64,000 nt of DNA from a virus (IMGVR_UViG_3300046003_007336:1-64000), one strand, 5' to 3'; numbered from the stretch's first letter, positions 38,782 through 48,151 are shown. Notes: generated from the letters alone by a model not told the origin. Made by a program: numbers and translations.

Positions 38782-39171
38782 ATGAAACCTCACTTCCCTT
38801 GGATGCTCGAATGGACCGCCGACGACGTCGAGTGGGGGTTCTTGTCTGAGTGCAAGACCTTCGATTCCGCCTACGTCTTCGTGGACGCCATGACGTTCAA
38901 GATTCCAGTGGGGCTCTCACCTGTTCACGCCGAGGCTATCGGAATGGATGAACCCCTGCTGGCTTGTTACGCCAAGCCCGAGGACGACGACTACGATGTT
39001 CTGGTTTGGTGCGCGGACAACTGCCGTGGACGGTGGGGCGCGGTCGGCGAAGAGCAATGGGTTTCAATCACCCGTGGCGAGTTCGCCCTCATTGTGAAGT
39101 TCGAAGATCAAAAGGACGCCGCGCTCTTCCGGCTCTCCTTCAAAAACGCCGAAGAGTTCGAGACCGCCTGA
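38782..39171 (+). CDS. Hypothetical protein
   Basis: FEDQKDAALFRLSF family motif. Confidence 0.65.
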   Translation: MKPHFPWMLEWTADDVEWGFLSECKTFDSAYVFVDAMTFKIPVGLSPVHAEAIGMDEPLLACYAKPEDDDYDVLVWCADNCRGRWGAVGEEQWVSITRGEFALIVKFEDQKDAALFRLSFKNAEEFETA

Positions 39172-40865
39172 TGTCTTATGTCGATGCAATGTATGACCGC
39201 GCCAAGGACATCATCCACGTTGTGGAGCGCGTCAATGGTGAGCGAATCTATCGCGAGGACCGGGTAGAACACGTCTTCTACTACGGCCACCCGATGGGGA
39301 CCCACAAGTCGATTTTCGGCGACCCCTGCAAGCGATTCGCCATTCAGGATGGTCGCAAGTTCCGCAGCGAGGTCTTCAAGAAAAAGAAAGCCGGGGTCGA
39401 AATCTTCGAATCCGACATCCGCCCAGAGTTCCGCTATCTGGCCGATCACTACATGGGGGCCGAGACCCCTATCCTCAATGTCGGCTTCTTCGACATCGAG
39501 GCCGACTTCGATCTCGAACGCGGCTTCGCTCCGACCGATGACCCGTTCAACGCCGTGACGGCGATCACGCTGCACATTTCCAGCATGGACCGTCTCTTCA
39601 CCCTGGCCCTCATCCCCCCGACCATGACGCTCGAAGAGGGCATCGCCATCGGGGAGAAGTTCGAAGACACGATGATCTTCGACGATGAAGCGGAGATGCT
39701 GAGCAGTTTCCTCTACCTGATCGAAGACGTCGATGTCCTCTCGGGCTGGAACTCCGAAGGCTACGATATCCCCTACTTGGTCAACCGGGTGAAGCGTCTG
39801 CTCGGCAACGAGGCGTCAAAGCGTTTCTGCCTCTGGGATCAGTTCCCCCGCACGCGCGAGTACCTGAAGTTCGGCAAGGCCTTCAACACCTACGATCTCG
39901 TGGGCCGAGTTCACCTCGACTATCTGCTCCTCTATCAGAAGCACAACCCGCAACAGCTTCACAGCTACCGGCTCGACTACGTGGCTGAGATTGAAGTCGG
40001 GGACAACAAGGTCCCCTACGAGGGAACCCTCGACGATCTCTACAAGAAAGATTTCGAGAAGTTCATCGACTATAACCGCCAGGACGTCGCCCTGCTGGTC
40101 AAGATTGACGCGAAGCGGAAGTTCATCGAGCTAGCCAACCAGATCGCGCACTCAAACTGCGTGTTGCTGAAGACCACGATGGGCTCGGTGGCTCTGGTCG
40201 AGCAGGCGATCATCAACGAGATGCACAATCTGGGCTTCGTCGTGCCAGACCGGGTTCGCGAAGAAAAGCAGGAAAGCCTGCGACCAAAGCTGGCTCCGGC
40301 CGAAGACGATGATGAAGACGAGGATGAAGACGATGAGCGCACGCCCGTCGTCGGTGCCTACGTGGCCAAACCCAAGACGGGCATCCACCGAGAAGTCGCC
40401 TGCGTGGACATCAACTCCCTGTATCCGTCGTGCATCCGCGCGCTCAACATGTCGCCCGAAACCATCTTCGGACAGGTGCGCCCAGATGAGACCATGGCAC
40501 TCGTTCATGAGCGTATTGCGGCCGGGGTTCCGAGAGCAGAAGCATGGGAGGGGTTGTTCTGCACCCTGGAAGTTTCCCATATGATGGACCGGGATGACGC
40601 CCAACTCACGGTGGATTTCGAGGACGGGTCAACGGTTGTGATGACTGGGTCGCAACTTTACGATCTGGTATACGACCCCGCCTCTAGCCTGTGCATAACT
40701 GCAAACGGAACGCTTTTCCGAACCGACAAAGAAGGCATCATTCCCCAGCTTTTGGCGCAATGGTATTCGGAGCGTCAGAGCATGCAGGCGAAGGAAGCTG
40801 CTTTCAAAATTGCAGCCGGTGGCGTCGAGATTGATGACGAACTTGCTGTTTTGCTGGCCAACTAA
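39171..40865 (+). CDS. Family-B DNA polymerase, N-terminal subunit (exonuclease plus motif A; gp43A-like)
   Basis: FFDIEAD (ExoI), GWNSEGYDIPY (ExoII), FIDYNRQDV (ExoIII), VDINSLYPS (motif A); stops after QWYSERQSMQ, before motifs B and C. Confidence 0.9.
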   Translation: MSYVDAMYDRAKDIIHVVERVNGERIYREDRVEHVFYYGHPMGTHKSIFGDPCKRFAIQDGRKFRSEVFKKKKAGVEIFESDIRPEFRYLADHYMGAETPILNVGFFDIEADFDLERGFAPTDDPFNAVTAITLHISSMDRLFTLALIPPTMTLEEGIAIGEKFEDTMIFDDEAEMLSSFLYLIEDVDVLSGWNSEGYDIPYLVNRVKRLLGNEASKRFCLWDQFPRTREYLKFGKAFNTYDLVGRVHLDYLLLYQKHNPQQLHSYRLDYVAEIEVGDNKVPYEGTLDDLYKKDFEKFIDYNRQDVALLVKIDAKRKFIELANQIAHSNCVLLKTTMGSVALVEQAIINEMHNLGFVVPDRVREEKQESLRPKLAPAEDDDEDEDEDDERTPVVGAYVAKPKTGIHREVACVDINSLYPSCIRALNMSPETIFGQVRPDETMALVHERIAAGVPRAEAWEGLFCTLEVSHMMDRDDAQLTVDFEDGSTVVMTGSQLYDLVYDPASSLCITANGTLFRTDKEGIIPQLLAQWYSERQSMQAKEAAFKIAAGGVEIDDELAVLLAN

Positions 40866-41144
40866 GCTGAAAAAACACCGCGAGATGAAAAAAAATGTGA
40901 ATGATTTTCTCGGGATACCAGTTTTTCCACTACTGCGAAGATCGCCGCAGATGGTCAACGGGATAAATCAGTATGATGTCTCCTACAACCATTGAAATCA
41001 TTAAGCTATTTGTCCAAGTTTGGTTGGGTGGTGCGGCCTTGATGTGGGCCTTCCAGTTCTTCTCTAACAAGGAACCAGACACATTCGACGTGGCATTGTG
41101 GCCTATAAAATGGCTCTATGATCTGCTCTTCAAGTAAAAAGTAG

Positions 41145-41171
41145 TTGACGACGTCTTCAGTCTGACTATCT
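41145..41171 (+). promoter_or_regulatory. sigma70-type promoter of mucR
   Basis: TTGACG-N13-GACTATCT; GGGAG/GGAG RBS before ATG 41210. Confidence 0.5.
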
Positions 41172-41209
41172 TCTCCCAACATGCTCATTAGGGAGCACGG
41201 AGAAGACTG

Positions 41210-41845
41210 ATGACTGACACCACTGCCCCCTCGGGCGAAACCACGAACACCCACATCGGCCTCGTCGCCGACATCGTCGCCGCCTATGTTTCGAACAACA
41301 TCGTGCAGGCGTCGGACCTGGGCACCCTGATCTCGAACGTCGATCAGGCCATGCGCGCCATCGTCGGCGGCACGACCGAGGTCGAGCCCGCCGCCCCCGC
41401 CGAACCGGCCGTGCCGATTCGCAAGTCGATCACCCCCGACTTCCTGATCTGCCTCAACGACGGGCGCAAGTTCAAGTCGCTGAAGCGGCACCTGCGCACC
41501 AAATACAACATGAGCCCGGAAGACTATCGGGCCCAGTGGGGTCTGCCGCGCGACTACCCGATGGTCGCCCCGAACTACGCGCAGGCTCGTTCGGAACTCG
41601 CCAAGTCGATGGGCCTCGGCCGCAAGGCTGGTGAAACCGGCGCCGCCCACTCGGAACGCACCAAGACCGCTCCGAAGGCTTCGGCTCCGAAGGCCGCCGC
41701 CGTGAAGGCTCCGAAGGCCGCCAAGGCTCCGAAAGCCGCCGCGCCGAAGAAGACCGCCTCGAAGGCCGCTCGCCCGGCCAAGACGGTGGAACGCGAGTCC
41801 ACCCAGGCCGCCGCTGATCTGGCCGCCCCGGTTTCCGCCGAATAA
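41210..41845 (+). CDS. mucR: Ros/MucR-family regulator with Ala/Lys/Pro-rich tail
   Basis: ADIVAAYVSNN, PAVPIRKSITPDFLICLNDGRKFKSLKRHL, YRAQWGLPRDYPMVAPNYA..RSELAKSMGLG. Confidence 0.93.
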   Translation: MTDTTAPSGETTNTHIGLVADIVAAYVSNNIVQASDLGTLISNVDQAMRAIVGGTTEVEPAAPAEPAVPIRKSITPDFLICLNDGRKFKSLKRHLRTKYNMSPEDYRAQWGLPRDYPMVAPNYAQARSELAKSMGLGRKAGETGAAHSERTKTAPKASAPKAAAVKAPKAAKAPKAAAPKKTASKAARPAKTVERESTQAAADLAAPVSAE

Positions 41846-41870
41846 TCCATCGGCGGATTTGAGATGAATG

Positions 41871-41902
41871 ACCCCGCTCGGGAAACCGGGCGGGGTTTTT
41901 CT
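41871..41902 (+). terminator. Rho-independent terminator
   Basis: accccgctcgg-GAAA-ccgggcggggt-ttttt. Confidence 0.85.
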
Positions 41903-41954
41903 TAGGTGAACCAAAATATTGCGAGGTCATTCCCGGACAGGGTATTGTCTGTGA

Positions 41955-42569
41955 ATGAGTTCAACCCGTAAAAAGAAGATCGTTGAAGAAGTAGAACAGG
42001 GCGTAGTCCGGTTCGCCCTGCGTGACCCCAACACGGGTCTCTATTGGGATTGCCAGTTCCCCAAGGTTTCACGGAACCGCCGTTTCTACTGGGAGAGCCG
42101 CTCTCCACCCCCGGTGCTGGAACCGGTATTTCAGGCCCAGCCCACCTATCATGCTCGCCGCAACTTTCTGTCCACGATCTACACCAAGTATGAGATCGAG
42201 AGACGCTGTCGGGCCGAGGGGCTGTCCGAGTTGCCCAAGCTCGAAATGGTCGAACTCCGCGCCGTCTTCACAGTGGCCACGACATCCGAAATCGAGATCG
42301 ACGACAACATCATTCAGGCCGAGCGCATCAAACGCATCCACGGCACCGTGGTGGGAGATGCGGCCAACATCCTGGTCCAGAGAGGCGAGCGGTTGGCCGA
42401 TTTCGAATATGCGATCAAGCGCAAGGGCTCGACCTTCCTCCTCCTTCAGGAAAGCATGCCAGAGGCTCGAAACGCCAACATGGTGACCTTCCTCAAGAGC
42501 GAGAAGGATTTGTTCCAGGCCAAGTTGCTCATCTCGGAAAGCATCACCAAGGTCTACAAGCTCAGATAG
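41955..42569 (+). CDS. Hypothetical protein
   Basis: 204 aa ORF. Confidence 0.65.
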   Translation: MSSTRKKKIVEEVEQGVVRFALRDPNTGLYWDCQFPKVSRNRRFYWESRSPPPVLEPVFQAQPTYHARRNFLSTIYTKYEIERRCRAEGLSELPKLEMVELRAVFTVATTSEIEIDDNIIQAERIKRIHGTVVGDAANILVQRGERLADFEYAIKRKGSTFLLLQESMPEARNANMVTFLKSEKDLFQAKLLISESITKVYKLR

Positions 42570-42626
42570 CGGTTGCCTTGTAGGCATGATGTGATAAAAG
42601 CGGTCCACCAAAAAAAGGAAACTGAC

Positions 42627-43082
42627 ATGACTGCCCTGATCGAGAAGATCAAGTCCGACCAACTCCAGGCCCGCAAAGATCGCAACCCGGTCGCGACCGC
42701 AGTGCTGACCACCCTCATCGGTGAAGTCAGCAAGGTGGGCCCGGATGGCAATCGCGAGGTCACGGACGCCAAGGTGGTCAAGACCCTGAAGTCGTTCATC
42801 GGCAACATCGACCTCAGCCTCGTCGGAGACCCCGGAGAAGGCATCAAGCCCCTGCCTGAGACTGAAGTCGATACCCGTACCCGCCTGCAAACCGAGCGGG
42901 ACCTCCTGGTCGCCTACGTTCCGCCGCAACTCACCGAGGCCGAACTCCGCGCCGCCATTGCGGGCGTGGCTCCGGGCGAGACCCTGACCATGCGGGACAC
43001 CGGCCGCATCAAGGGCCTGCTGGAAGACCTTCACCCCGGCGCCGTGGACGGCAAGATGCTCTCCATGGTCCTCAAGGGCTGA
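42627..43082 (+). CDS. GatB/YqeY-domain protein
   Basis: LIEKIKSDQLQARKDR...VLTTLIGE...VTDAKVV...ERDLLVAYVPPQLTEAEL. Confidence 0.8.
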   Translation: MTALIEKIKSDQLQARKDRNPVATAVLTTLIGEVSKVGPDGNREVTDAKVVKTLKSFIGNIDLSLVGDPGEGIKPLPETEVDTRTRLQTERDLLVAYVPPQLTEAELRAAIAGVAPGETLTMRDTGRIKGLLEDLHPGAVDGKMLSMVLKG

Positions 43083-43297
43083 TGGCCAAGAAAACGGCCA
43101 AGATCGACGTCGCGATGTGCGAGCGCGTTGCTGGGTCAACCGGCATGCTCGCCATCGTGGCTGGTCTTCGACAGATGAAAGAGTGGGCGGCCCTTCACGA
43201 CCGGACTTTCAAATACGGAGCCCGCTCGATGAGGTTCACATTTGCGAGTTCGGAAACCGCCGATTCATTTCGCGCCACGTTCGGAGAGGCCGAATGA
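43082..43297 (+). CDS. Hypothetical protein
   Basis: Coupled start/stop. Confidence 0.6.
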   Translation: MAKKTAKIDVAMCERVAGSTGMLAIVAGLRQMKEWAALHDRTFKYGARSMRFTFASSETADSFRATFGEAE

Positions 43298-43467
43298 GTC
43301 TGTGGCCCTTCAATCTGTCGCCGAGTTTCTGGACCAACCGGAAGCCCGGCAACGGCAATCGCCGCTACCGGTGCAGTGATAAGACCTGTCCCCACAAGAC
43401 GACCAAGGGCCAACTCAAGGTCAACGGCGGCGTCTGTTTCTCCTGCAAGAGCCCGATAACGCGATGA
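43294..43467 (+). CDS. Small Zn-ribbon-like protein
   Basis: ATGA overlaps on both sides; CSDKTC...CFSC. Confidence 0.5.
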   Translation: MSLWPFNLSPSFWTNRKPGNGNRRYRCSDKTCPHKTTKGQLKVNGGVCFSCKSPITR

Positions 43468-44075
43468 TCATACTGGGCATGACTGGCGGCATCGGGGTCG
43501 GGAAATCGACCATCACTGCCGTGTTCCGCGCGACGAACATTCCGGTCCTCGACATGGATGCGGTCGTCCACGCCAGCTACGCTTCTGGCGCACACGGCGC
43601 GAAAGTGATCAAGCGACTCTTTCCATCGGCCATGAACGATGACGGGTCGGTCAACCGGACCAAGCTGTCCGAGATCGTCATGAATGACCCCAAGAACCTC
43701 GACGCTATCGAGGAAGGTATGTCCCCGATGATGGCCCTGAAGATGGGTGAGTTCGTCGGCACGCAGTCCCGTCTTCGCGCCCCCTTGGTCGTTATCGACG
43801 CCCCGACCCTGCTCGAAATGGGCTACAACCATTTCATGAGCCGCGTCCTGGTCGTGACGTGTGACCCCGAGGAACAGCGCAGGCGCGTCATGGCCCGCCC
43901 CGGCATGACGGAGGAAAAGTTTGCCTTCATAAACTCAAGGCAAATGCCCGAGGTCGAAAAGCTCAAACACGCCAACCACGTTATCGACACCACGGGTTCC
44001 ATCCAGGAAACTGTTGAAAAAGCCGAACGTCTTCTTGTAGAACTGGCCCTTCTCGACGGAGTAGTAGAGGGGTGA
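43464..44075 (+). CDS. coaE: Dephospho-CoA kinase
   Basis: LGMTGGIGVGKST, LDMDAVVH, VNRTKL, IDAPTLLE, RVMARPGMTEEKF, QMPEVEKLKHANHVIDT. Confidence 0.9.
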   Translation: MIILGMTGGIGVGKSTITAVFRATNIPVLDMDAVVHASYASGAHGAKVIKRLFPSAMNDDGSVNRTKLSEIVMNDPKNLDAIEEGMSPMMALKMGEFVGTQSRLRAPLVVIDAPTLLEMGYNHFMSRVLVVTCDPEEQRRRVMARPGMTEEKFAFINSRQMPEVEKLKHANHVIDTTGSIQETVEKAERLLVELALLDGVVEG

Positions 44076-44129
44076 TTTTTTACTTGACGAGTAATACTTT
44101 CCTGTTACCCTAAGAGCAGGAGGAAGATC

Positions 44130-44381
44130 ATGTCTCGCCAAGAAAACGCCGAAATCGCCATCGCAGACGTTATGCTGATGCGCGTGGGTGTTGCTCTCGA
44201 CGAGATCGATTACAGCTTGATGGCCGGGTATGTGGCCAGCCTGCCCTGTGATCGATATTCGGCCGAGGCGCCGACGTTCTTCCGTTCCTATCTGGAAACC
44301 GCGACGTGCGCCCGCCCCGACATCGAGCATTACGATGCCCTTGTCTCCCGCGTGGCCACCGCCTTGGGGAACGTTTACTGA
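44130..44381 (+). CDS. Hypothetical protein
   Basis: After TTGACG promoter at 44084; AGGAGG RBS. Confidence 0.65.
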   Translation: MSRQENAEIAIADVMLMRVGVALDEIDYSLMAGYVASLPCDRYSAEAPTFFRSYLETATCARPDIEHYDALVSRVATALGNVY

Positions 44382-44776
44382 TGACCGATGCTGCTCCCGC
44401 CGACACCCGTGTCGTTCTGTCCTTCCCGCTCGGCGAACCCGAAGCGATGACCCTGACCGGCGAAAGCGTCCGTCTGATCAAGACGCTGGAAGACCTCGAT
44501 ATGGCCTCCATTCTGAAAAAGGCCGATCTCCGCCCCTGCACGCGATACGAGGTCGTGATCAGCGTCAAGATGGAGCGCACCACCAGCGGCAGCCTGTGCG
44601 TGTCCGACACCCCGGTGATCGAGGCGGTGCTGCGCGGCTCCGGCGCAGGCCGCAAGCTCGCGAGCCTGCTCCAGAGTGAGGAGCATCCCGACAGCAAAAT
44701 CCACAGGGCATACCGCATCTATTCGTTCTTCGAAGACGGCTTCCAGTCCGTCGTGGAGATTCCGGCCAATGTCTGA
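44381..44776 (+). CDS. Hypothetical protein
   Basis: TGATG coupling. Confidence 0.6.
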   Translation: MTDAAPADTRVVLSFPLGEPEAMTLTGESVRLIKTLEDLDMASILKKADLRPCTRYEVVISVKMERTTSGSLCVSDTPVIEAVLRGSGAGRKLASLLQSEEHPDSKIHRAYRIYSFFEDGFQSVVEIPANV

Positions 44777-44915
44777 CGCCATTTTGCTGTCCGCCGCCAT
44801 GGCCCCGCCCATTGTCCTGATTGTGGCCACTTTCTGGGAAATGCGTCCTCGGCTGTCCCCCGCGACGATCACGGCCATGCGCCACGCCGTCGATGAATGG
44901 GAGAGAAACCACTGA
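44769..44915 (+). CDS. Small membrane protein
   Basis: Hydrophobic N-half. Confidence 0.5.
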   Translation: MSDAILLSAAMAPPIVLIVATFWEMRPRLSPATITAMRHAVDEWERNH

Positions 44916-45232
44916 TGAAAAACTCTGACCGCCCCATCCGCATCGCCGCGCACATCGAATGCGTCCTCATGGACGAGAGCCGCGAGGTCGAGTCCCGTAG
45001 CGAAGACTACGTCAACAAGAGCGAAGCCAAGGCCTTCGCCCGTGGCGTCTCCAAGGGGTTGTCCGACGCCGCCTCCATCGTTCGGGTCGAGACCGACAAG
45101 GTCACCCGTAGCCCGGCCGCCCTGTTGGCCGACCGCTGCTTCGAAGCTTCCCTGGCTTGTCCGGGAAGCCCGATCTCGGCTCTGCTGGTTGAGGTCGGCA
45201 ACTATCTCGATGTCTCGCAGGCCCGTGGCTAA
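44915..45232 (+). CDS. Hypothetical protein
   Basis: TGATG coupling. Confidence 0.6.
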   Translation: MKNSDRPIRIAAHIECVLMDESREVESRSEDYVNKSEAKAFARGVSKGLSDAASIVRVETDKVTRSPAALLADRCFEASLACPGSPISALLVEVGNYLDVSQARG

Positions 45233-45467
45233 GCGAATTCGGCGCATCAAGAACAAGGACGGCCTCTATACGCCGTCAGGTTTGAAAGGTCGCCTGATTG
45301 CCGAGGAAGGTATCGGCGTCCTCTTGGAGGAACTCCGCGAACGCGGATATAGCCATTGGGACGCCCATCAACTAATGTTGGATGTCCTACAAGGACCGTG
45401 GGAAACATTCCTCCAAGTTGGCGACATCATTGCAAAACGAGAACCCCTCTCCGACGACGACGATTGA
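45225..45467 (+). CDS. Hypothetical protein
   Basis: GTG start overlapping the upstream gene. Confidence 0.5.
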   Translation: MAKRIRRIKNKDGLYTPSGLKGRLIAEEGIGVLLEELRERGYSHWDAHQLMLDVLQGPWETFLQVGDIIAKREPLSDDDD

Positions 45468-45630
45468 AGACCGCGACTATCTTGTGGCCCGCGACCGCGC
45501 CGACCGCGAACTCCGTCTCGAAGCCTTGACCCTGGCGGTCAAGGTCTGCAACAACGACCCCTACGTGTGCATTCAGATCGCCGCCGACTTCGAGAACTAT
45601 CTGAGGAACGGACTACAAGATGGCGTATGA
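45382..45630 (+). CDS. Hypothetical protein (start uncertain)
   Basis: ELRLEALTLAV...IAADFENYL. Confidence 0.45.
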   Translation: MSYKDRGKHSSKLATSLQNENPSPTTTIEDRDYLVARDRADRELRLEALTLAVKVCNNDPYVCIQIAADFENYLRNGLQDGV

Positions 45631-45979
45631 AGGCGACCACAGAGAGCCCGTCTACCTGACTTTCGGGGCTCTCGACCGCTTCCCAAGCGATTGCCCGTTC
45701 AGGAGAGATCGCCAGCCCCGCCGTGAGACCATGTCTGCTGAGGCCACCGCGATGGGCTGGGAAACATGCTGCCTGATTCCTCTTCCCGATACGCTGAACA
45801 TGACGAGCATGAAAAGCAGTCTTCGTCGTCTCTACGGCCTTCGGGACGAGATTGACTCCTATAAGGAGGGCAACACGACGTGGCTGCTGAACAACAAATA
45901 TCGAATAGAACTCGGTGGCCATTGGGCCGTGCTGGGCCTCACAGATAGTGACGCCGTGAAATTGAAAATGTTATGGTAG
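45620..45979 (+). CDS. Hypothetical protein, ...GLxDxDAxKLKMLW family
   Basis: Ends WAVLGLTDSDAVKLKMLW. Confidence 0.7.
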   Translation: MAYEGDHREPVYLTFGALDRFPSDCPFRRDRQPRRETMSAEATAMGWETCCLIPLPDTLNMTSMKSSLRRLYGLRDEIDSYKEGNTTWLLNNKYRIELGGHWAVLGLTDSDAVKLKMLW

Positions 45980-45982
45980 AGC

Positions 45983-46897
45983 ATGCATATCCTTTCCGTA
46001 GATCAGTTTGATCGTGCCTTCATAGATCGTCTCTTCTATCGCGCTGGTCGCTACGACCGCCTTTCCGCCAGGGAGCGGCATCGCGAAAGCCCGGCCGCGA
46101 ACAAGCTCCTGACCAATCTCTTCTATGAGCCGAGCACGCGAACGTCCTCGTCCTTTCATGCCGCGATGACGAAGCTCGGCGGCTCCGTCATCCCGATCAA
46201 CGACGTCACGTATTCAAGCGTGTCCAAAGGCGAGACCCTCGAAGACACCATACGGACGATGGCCTCCTACAGCGACGTCATCGTTCTCCGCCACACCGAG
46301 GTCGGCGCCGCTGCTCGCGCCGCTGCCGTGTCCCCGGTCCCGATCATCAACGCCGGGGACGGCGTCGGTGAGCACCCCACGCAAGCCCTTCTTGACCTCT
46401 TCACCATCCTGTCCGAGCAGGACCGTATCGACGGCATCACAGTCACGCTCGTGGGCGATCTCAAGCATGGTCGGACGGTCCACAGCCTGTCGAAGCTCCT
46501 CCGTCTATTCGACGTCCAGGTCAACTTCGTCGCCCCTTCTCATCTCGGGATGCCAGACCAATACACTCGCCCCGAGGATGGTTTCTCCTCAACGCTCGGA
46601 GATTTCATCGACACCTCAGACGTCATCTACATGACGCGGGTCCAGAAGGAGAGGTTCGTGGCGCGCGACCCATGGCCGGGTCAAATCGAGACCGACCCTG
46701 TTCTTGCCGACACCGACTATGGCATCACCGTCGATGACATGAAGGCCGCCAAGCCGACCATGTCCCTCATGCATCCGTTCCCCCGGAACGAGGAAATTCC
46801 AGTCGAAATCGACGCCGACCCGCGAGCGGCTTACTTCCGCCAGATGCGCAACGGCCTCCTGGTCCGCATGGCCCTCCTGGAAAGCGTTCTGGCGTGA
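45983..46897 (+). CDS. pyrB: Aspartate carbamoyltransferase catalytic subunit
   Basis: FYEPSTRT, SSVSKGETLEDT, DVIVLRH, INAGDG..EHPTQALLD, GDLKHGRTVHSL, YMTRVQKERF, MHPFPR. Confidence 0.95.
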   Translation: MHILSVDQFDRAFIDRLFYRAGRYDRLSARERHRESPAANKLLTNLFYEPSTRTSSSFHAAMTKLGGSVIPINDVTYSSVSKGETLEDTIRTMASYSDVIVLRHTEVGAAARAAAVSPVPIINAGDGVGEHPTQALLDLFTILSEQDRIDGITVTLVGDLKHGRTVHSLSKLLRLFDVQVNFVAPSHLGMPDQYTRPEDGFSSTLGDFIDTSDVIYMTRVQKERFVARDPWPGQIETDPVLADTDYGITVDDMKAAKPTMSLMHPFPRNEEIPVEIDADPRAAYFRQMRNGLLVRMALLESVLA

Positions 46898-47235
46898 TTC
46901 TCTGCGACAACAGCAACCTGCGAGACATCGGCACGGCTGGCTATCTCCTCGATAAGATTGAAGACACATTCCCAGAAGAACGTGTCGGCGCCGGGTCCAT
47001 CAACCAGTGCGTTCTCGAATGGTGCGCCGCAGTTAATGGAACGCCGGATGCGAAAACGACCGACCACGATCAAGAGCACGCCCGCCTGCGAGAAATTCTC
47101 GCCGACGTAGAGCACCTTGGGTACTACTGGGTACGCGATTTTCGACGACGCCATTGCGAACCCAAGTCCCCCGGTTTCTGGGTCATCTACGGCTTGAGCG
47201 ACCGCGACGTCGTCAAGCTGAAGGTAATGTGGTGA
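46894..47235 (+). CDS. Hypothetical protein, KLKMLW family
   Basis: Ends WVIYGLSDRDVVKLKVMW. Confidence 0.7.
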   Translation: MILCDNSNLRDIGTAGYLLDKIEDTFPEERVGAGSINQCVLEWCAAVNGTPDAKTTDHDQEHARLREILADVEHLGYYWVRDFRRRHCEPKSPGFWVIYGLSDRDVVKLKVMW

Positions 47236-47465
47236 CCGCACCGCTCAGCACGTTCGAAGTCAAGGGAACCGACGCCACTGTGGTGGTCGAGTTCGATGAC
47301 CGCAATTACTTCGATGAGTTCCTTAGATTTTGCGGCATCCTCTATGAGGTGACGGGTAAATACACAACCAGGAACGTCATCGAAGGTGGGGATGAGAAGG
47401 GGGCATGGTGGAAAGTTATCGGCCTGACCGATGCACAGGTTATTCAGATCAAAATGCTGTGGTGA
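47232..47465 (+). CDS. Hypothetical protein, KLKMLW family
   Basis: Ends WKVIGLTDAQVIQIKMLW. Confidence 0.7.
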   Translation: MTAPLSTFEVKGTDATVVVEFDDRNYFDEFLRFCGILYEVTGKYTTRNVIEGGDEKGAWWKVIGLTDAQVIQIKMLW

Positions 47466-47728
47466 TCAACGTGGACTGGATGCCCAGCAAGCCAGTTGAT
47501 GTCCTTACCGCAGATGGCCCGAGCCGGTGCGTGCTACAGTCGCATACCCGATACACTCACAAGTTCCTCAGGCAAATAGACGAAAAGGAACTCGTCTATG
47601 AAATCCTGGGCCGCGTGGTTGAAGTCATCCGCCATATTGGACGCAATGACCAATGGGTTGTTGCCCACGACGTTACTGACTCGGAAGCCGTGATGCTGAA
47701 AATGATGTGGCCTCTTCTTAAGAAATAA
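47462..47728 (+). CDS. Hypothetical protein, KLKMLW family
   Basis: WVVAHDVTDSEAVMLKMMW. Confidence 0.7.
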   Translation: MINVDWMPSKPVDVLTADGPSRCVLQSHTRYTHKFLRQIDEKELVYEILGRVVEVIRHIGRNDQWVVAHDVTDSEAVMLKMMWPLLKK

Positions 47729-47764
47729 TTCGGGTTCTGCTTTGAGTCCGAGTAGTATCTAGGG

Positions 47765-48151
47765 ATGAAAGACACAAAAGTCATCCAACTGTTCGGCAAC
47801 GCTCCTCCGGTCACCACCTTCATCGTGGAAACCGAAGAAGACGCCCTTCAGAAGTTTTTCGACGCCCTCAAGGAACGTCGTGCGATCTTCGAACACATCA
47901 CCGAAGAAACGCAGATGGATTTTGTTCTCTTCATCAACGCAACGGAGACTTGCCAGTATCGGCAAATCGTCTCCGAGATCATAGCCGACGAACGCAACCA
48001 GGACCCTGTGTCGAACGAACTGTTCCTCACCCGTTTGGTTGAAGACCTCGTCTTCGATGGCGTATCCCCTCCCGGCACCTCCATGGCGGTCTTCGTGGAC
48101 CCGTGGAACACCTATATGGAAGATGTCCGCACGGTCCTGCGAGGCGAGTGA
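47765..48151 (+). CDS. Hypothetical protein
   Basis: 128 aa ORF. Confidence 0.65.
   Translation: MKDTKVIQLFGNAPPVTTFIVETEEDALQKFFDALKERRAIFEHITEETQMDFVLFINATETCQYRQIVSEIIADERNQDPVSNELFLTRLVEDLVFDGVSPPGTSMAVFVDPWNTYMEDVRTVLRGE

Noticed and set aside
40303-40335. gat/gaa/gac triplet runs (also 25515-25545, 26205-26228)
   Set aside because: Poly-Asp/Glu coding linkers, not DNA repeats.
40866-41200. Possible intron or intein continuing the DNA polymerase
   Set aside because: No group I P7/R/S or group II domain V pattern, no intein N-terminal block, and no motif B/C in any frame I could read.
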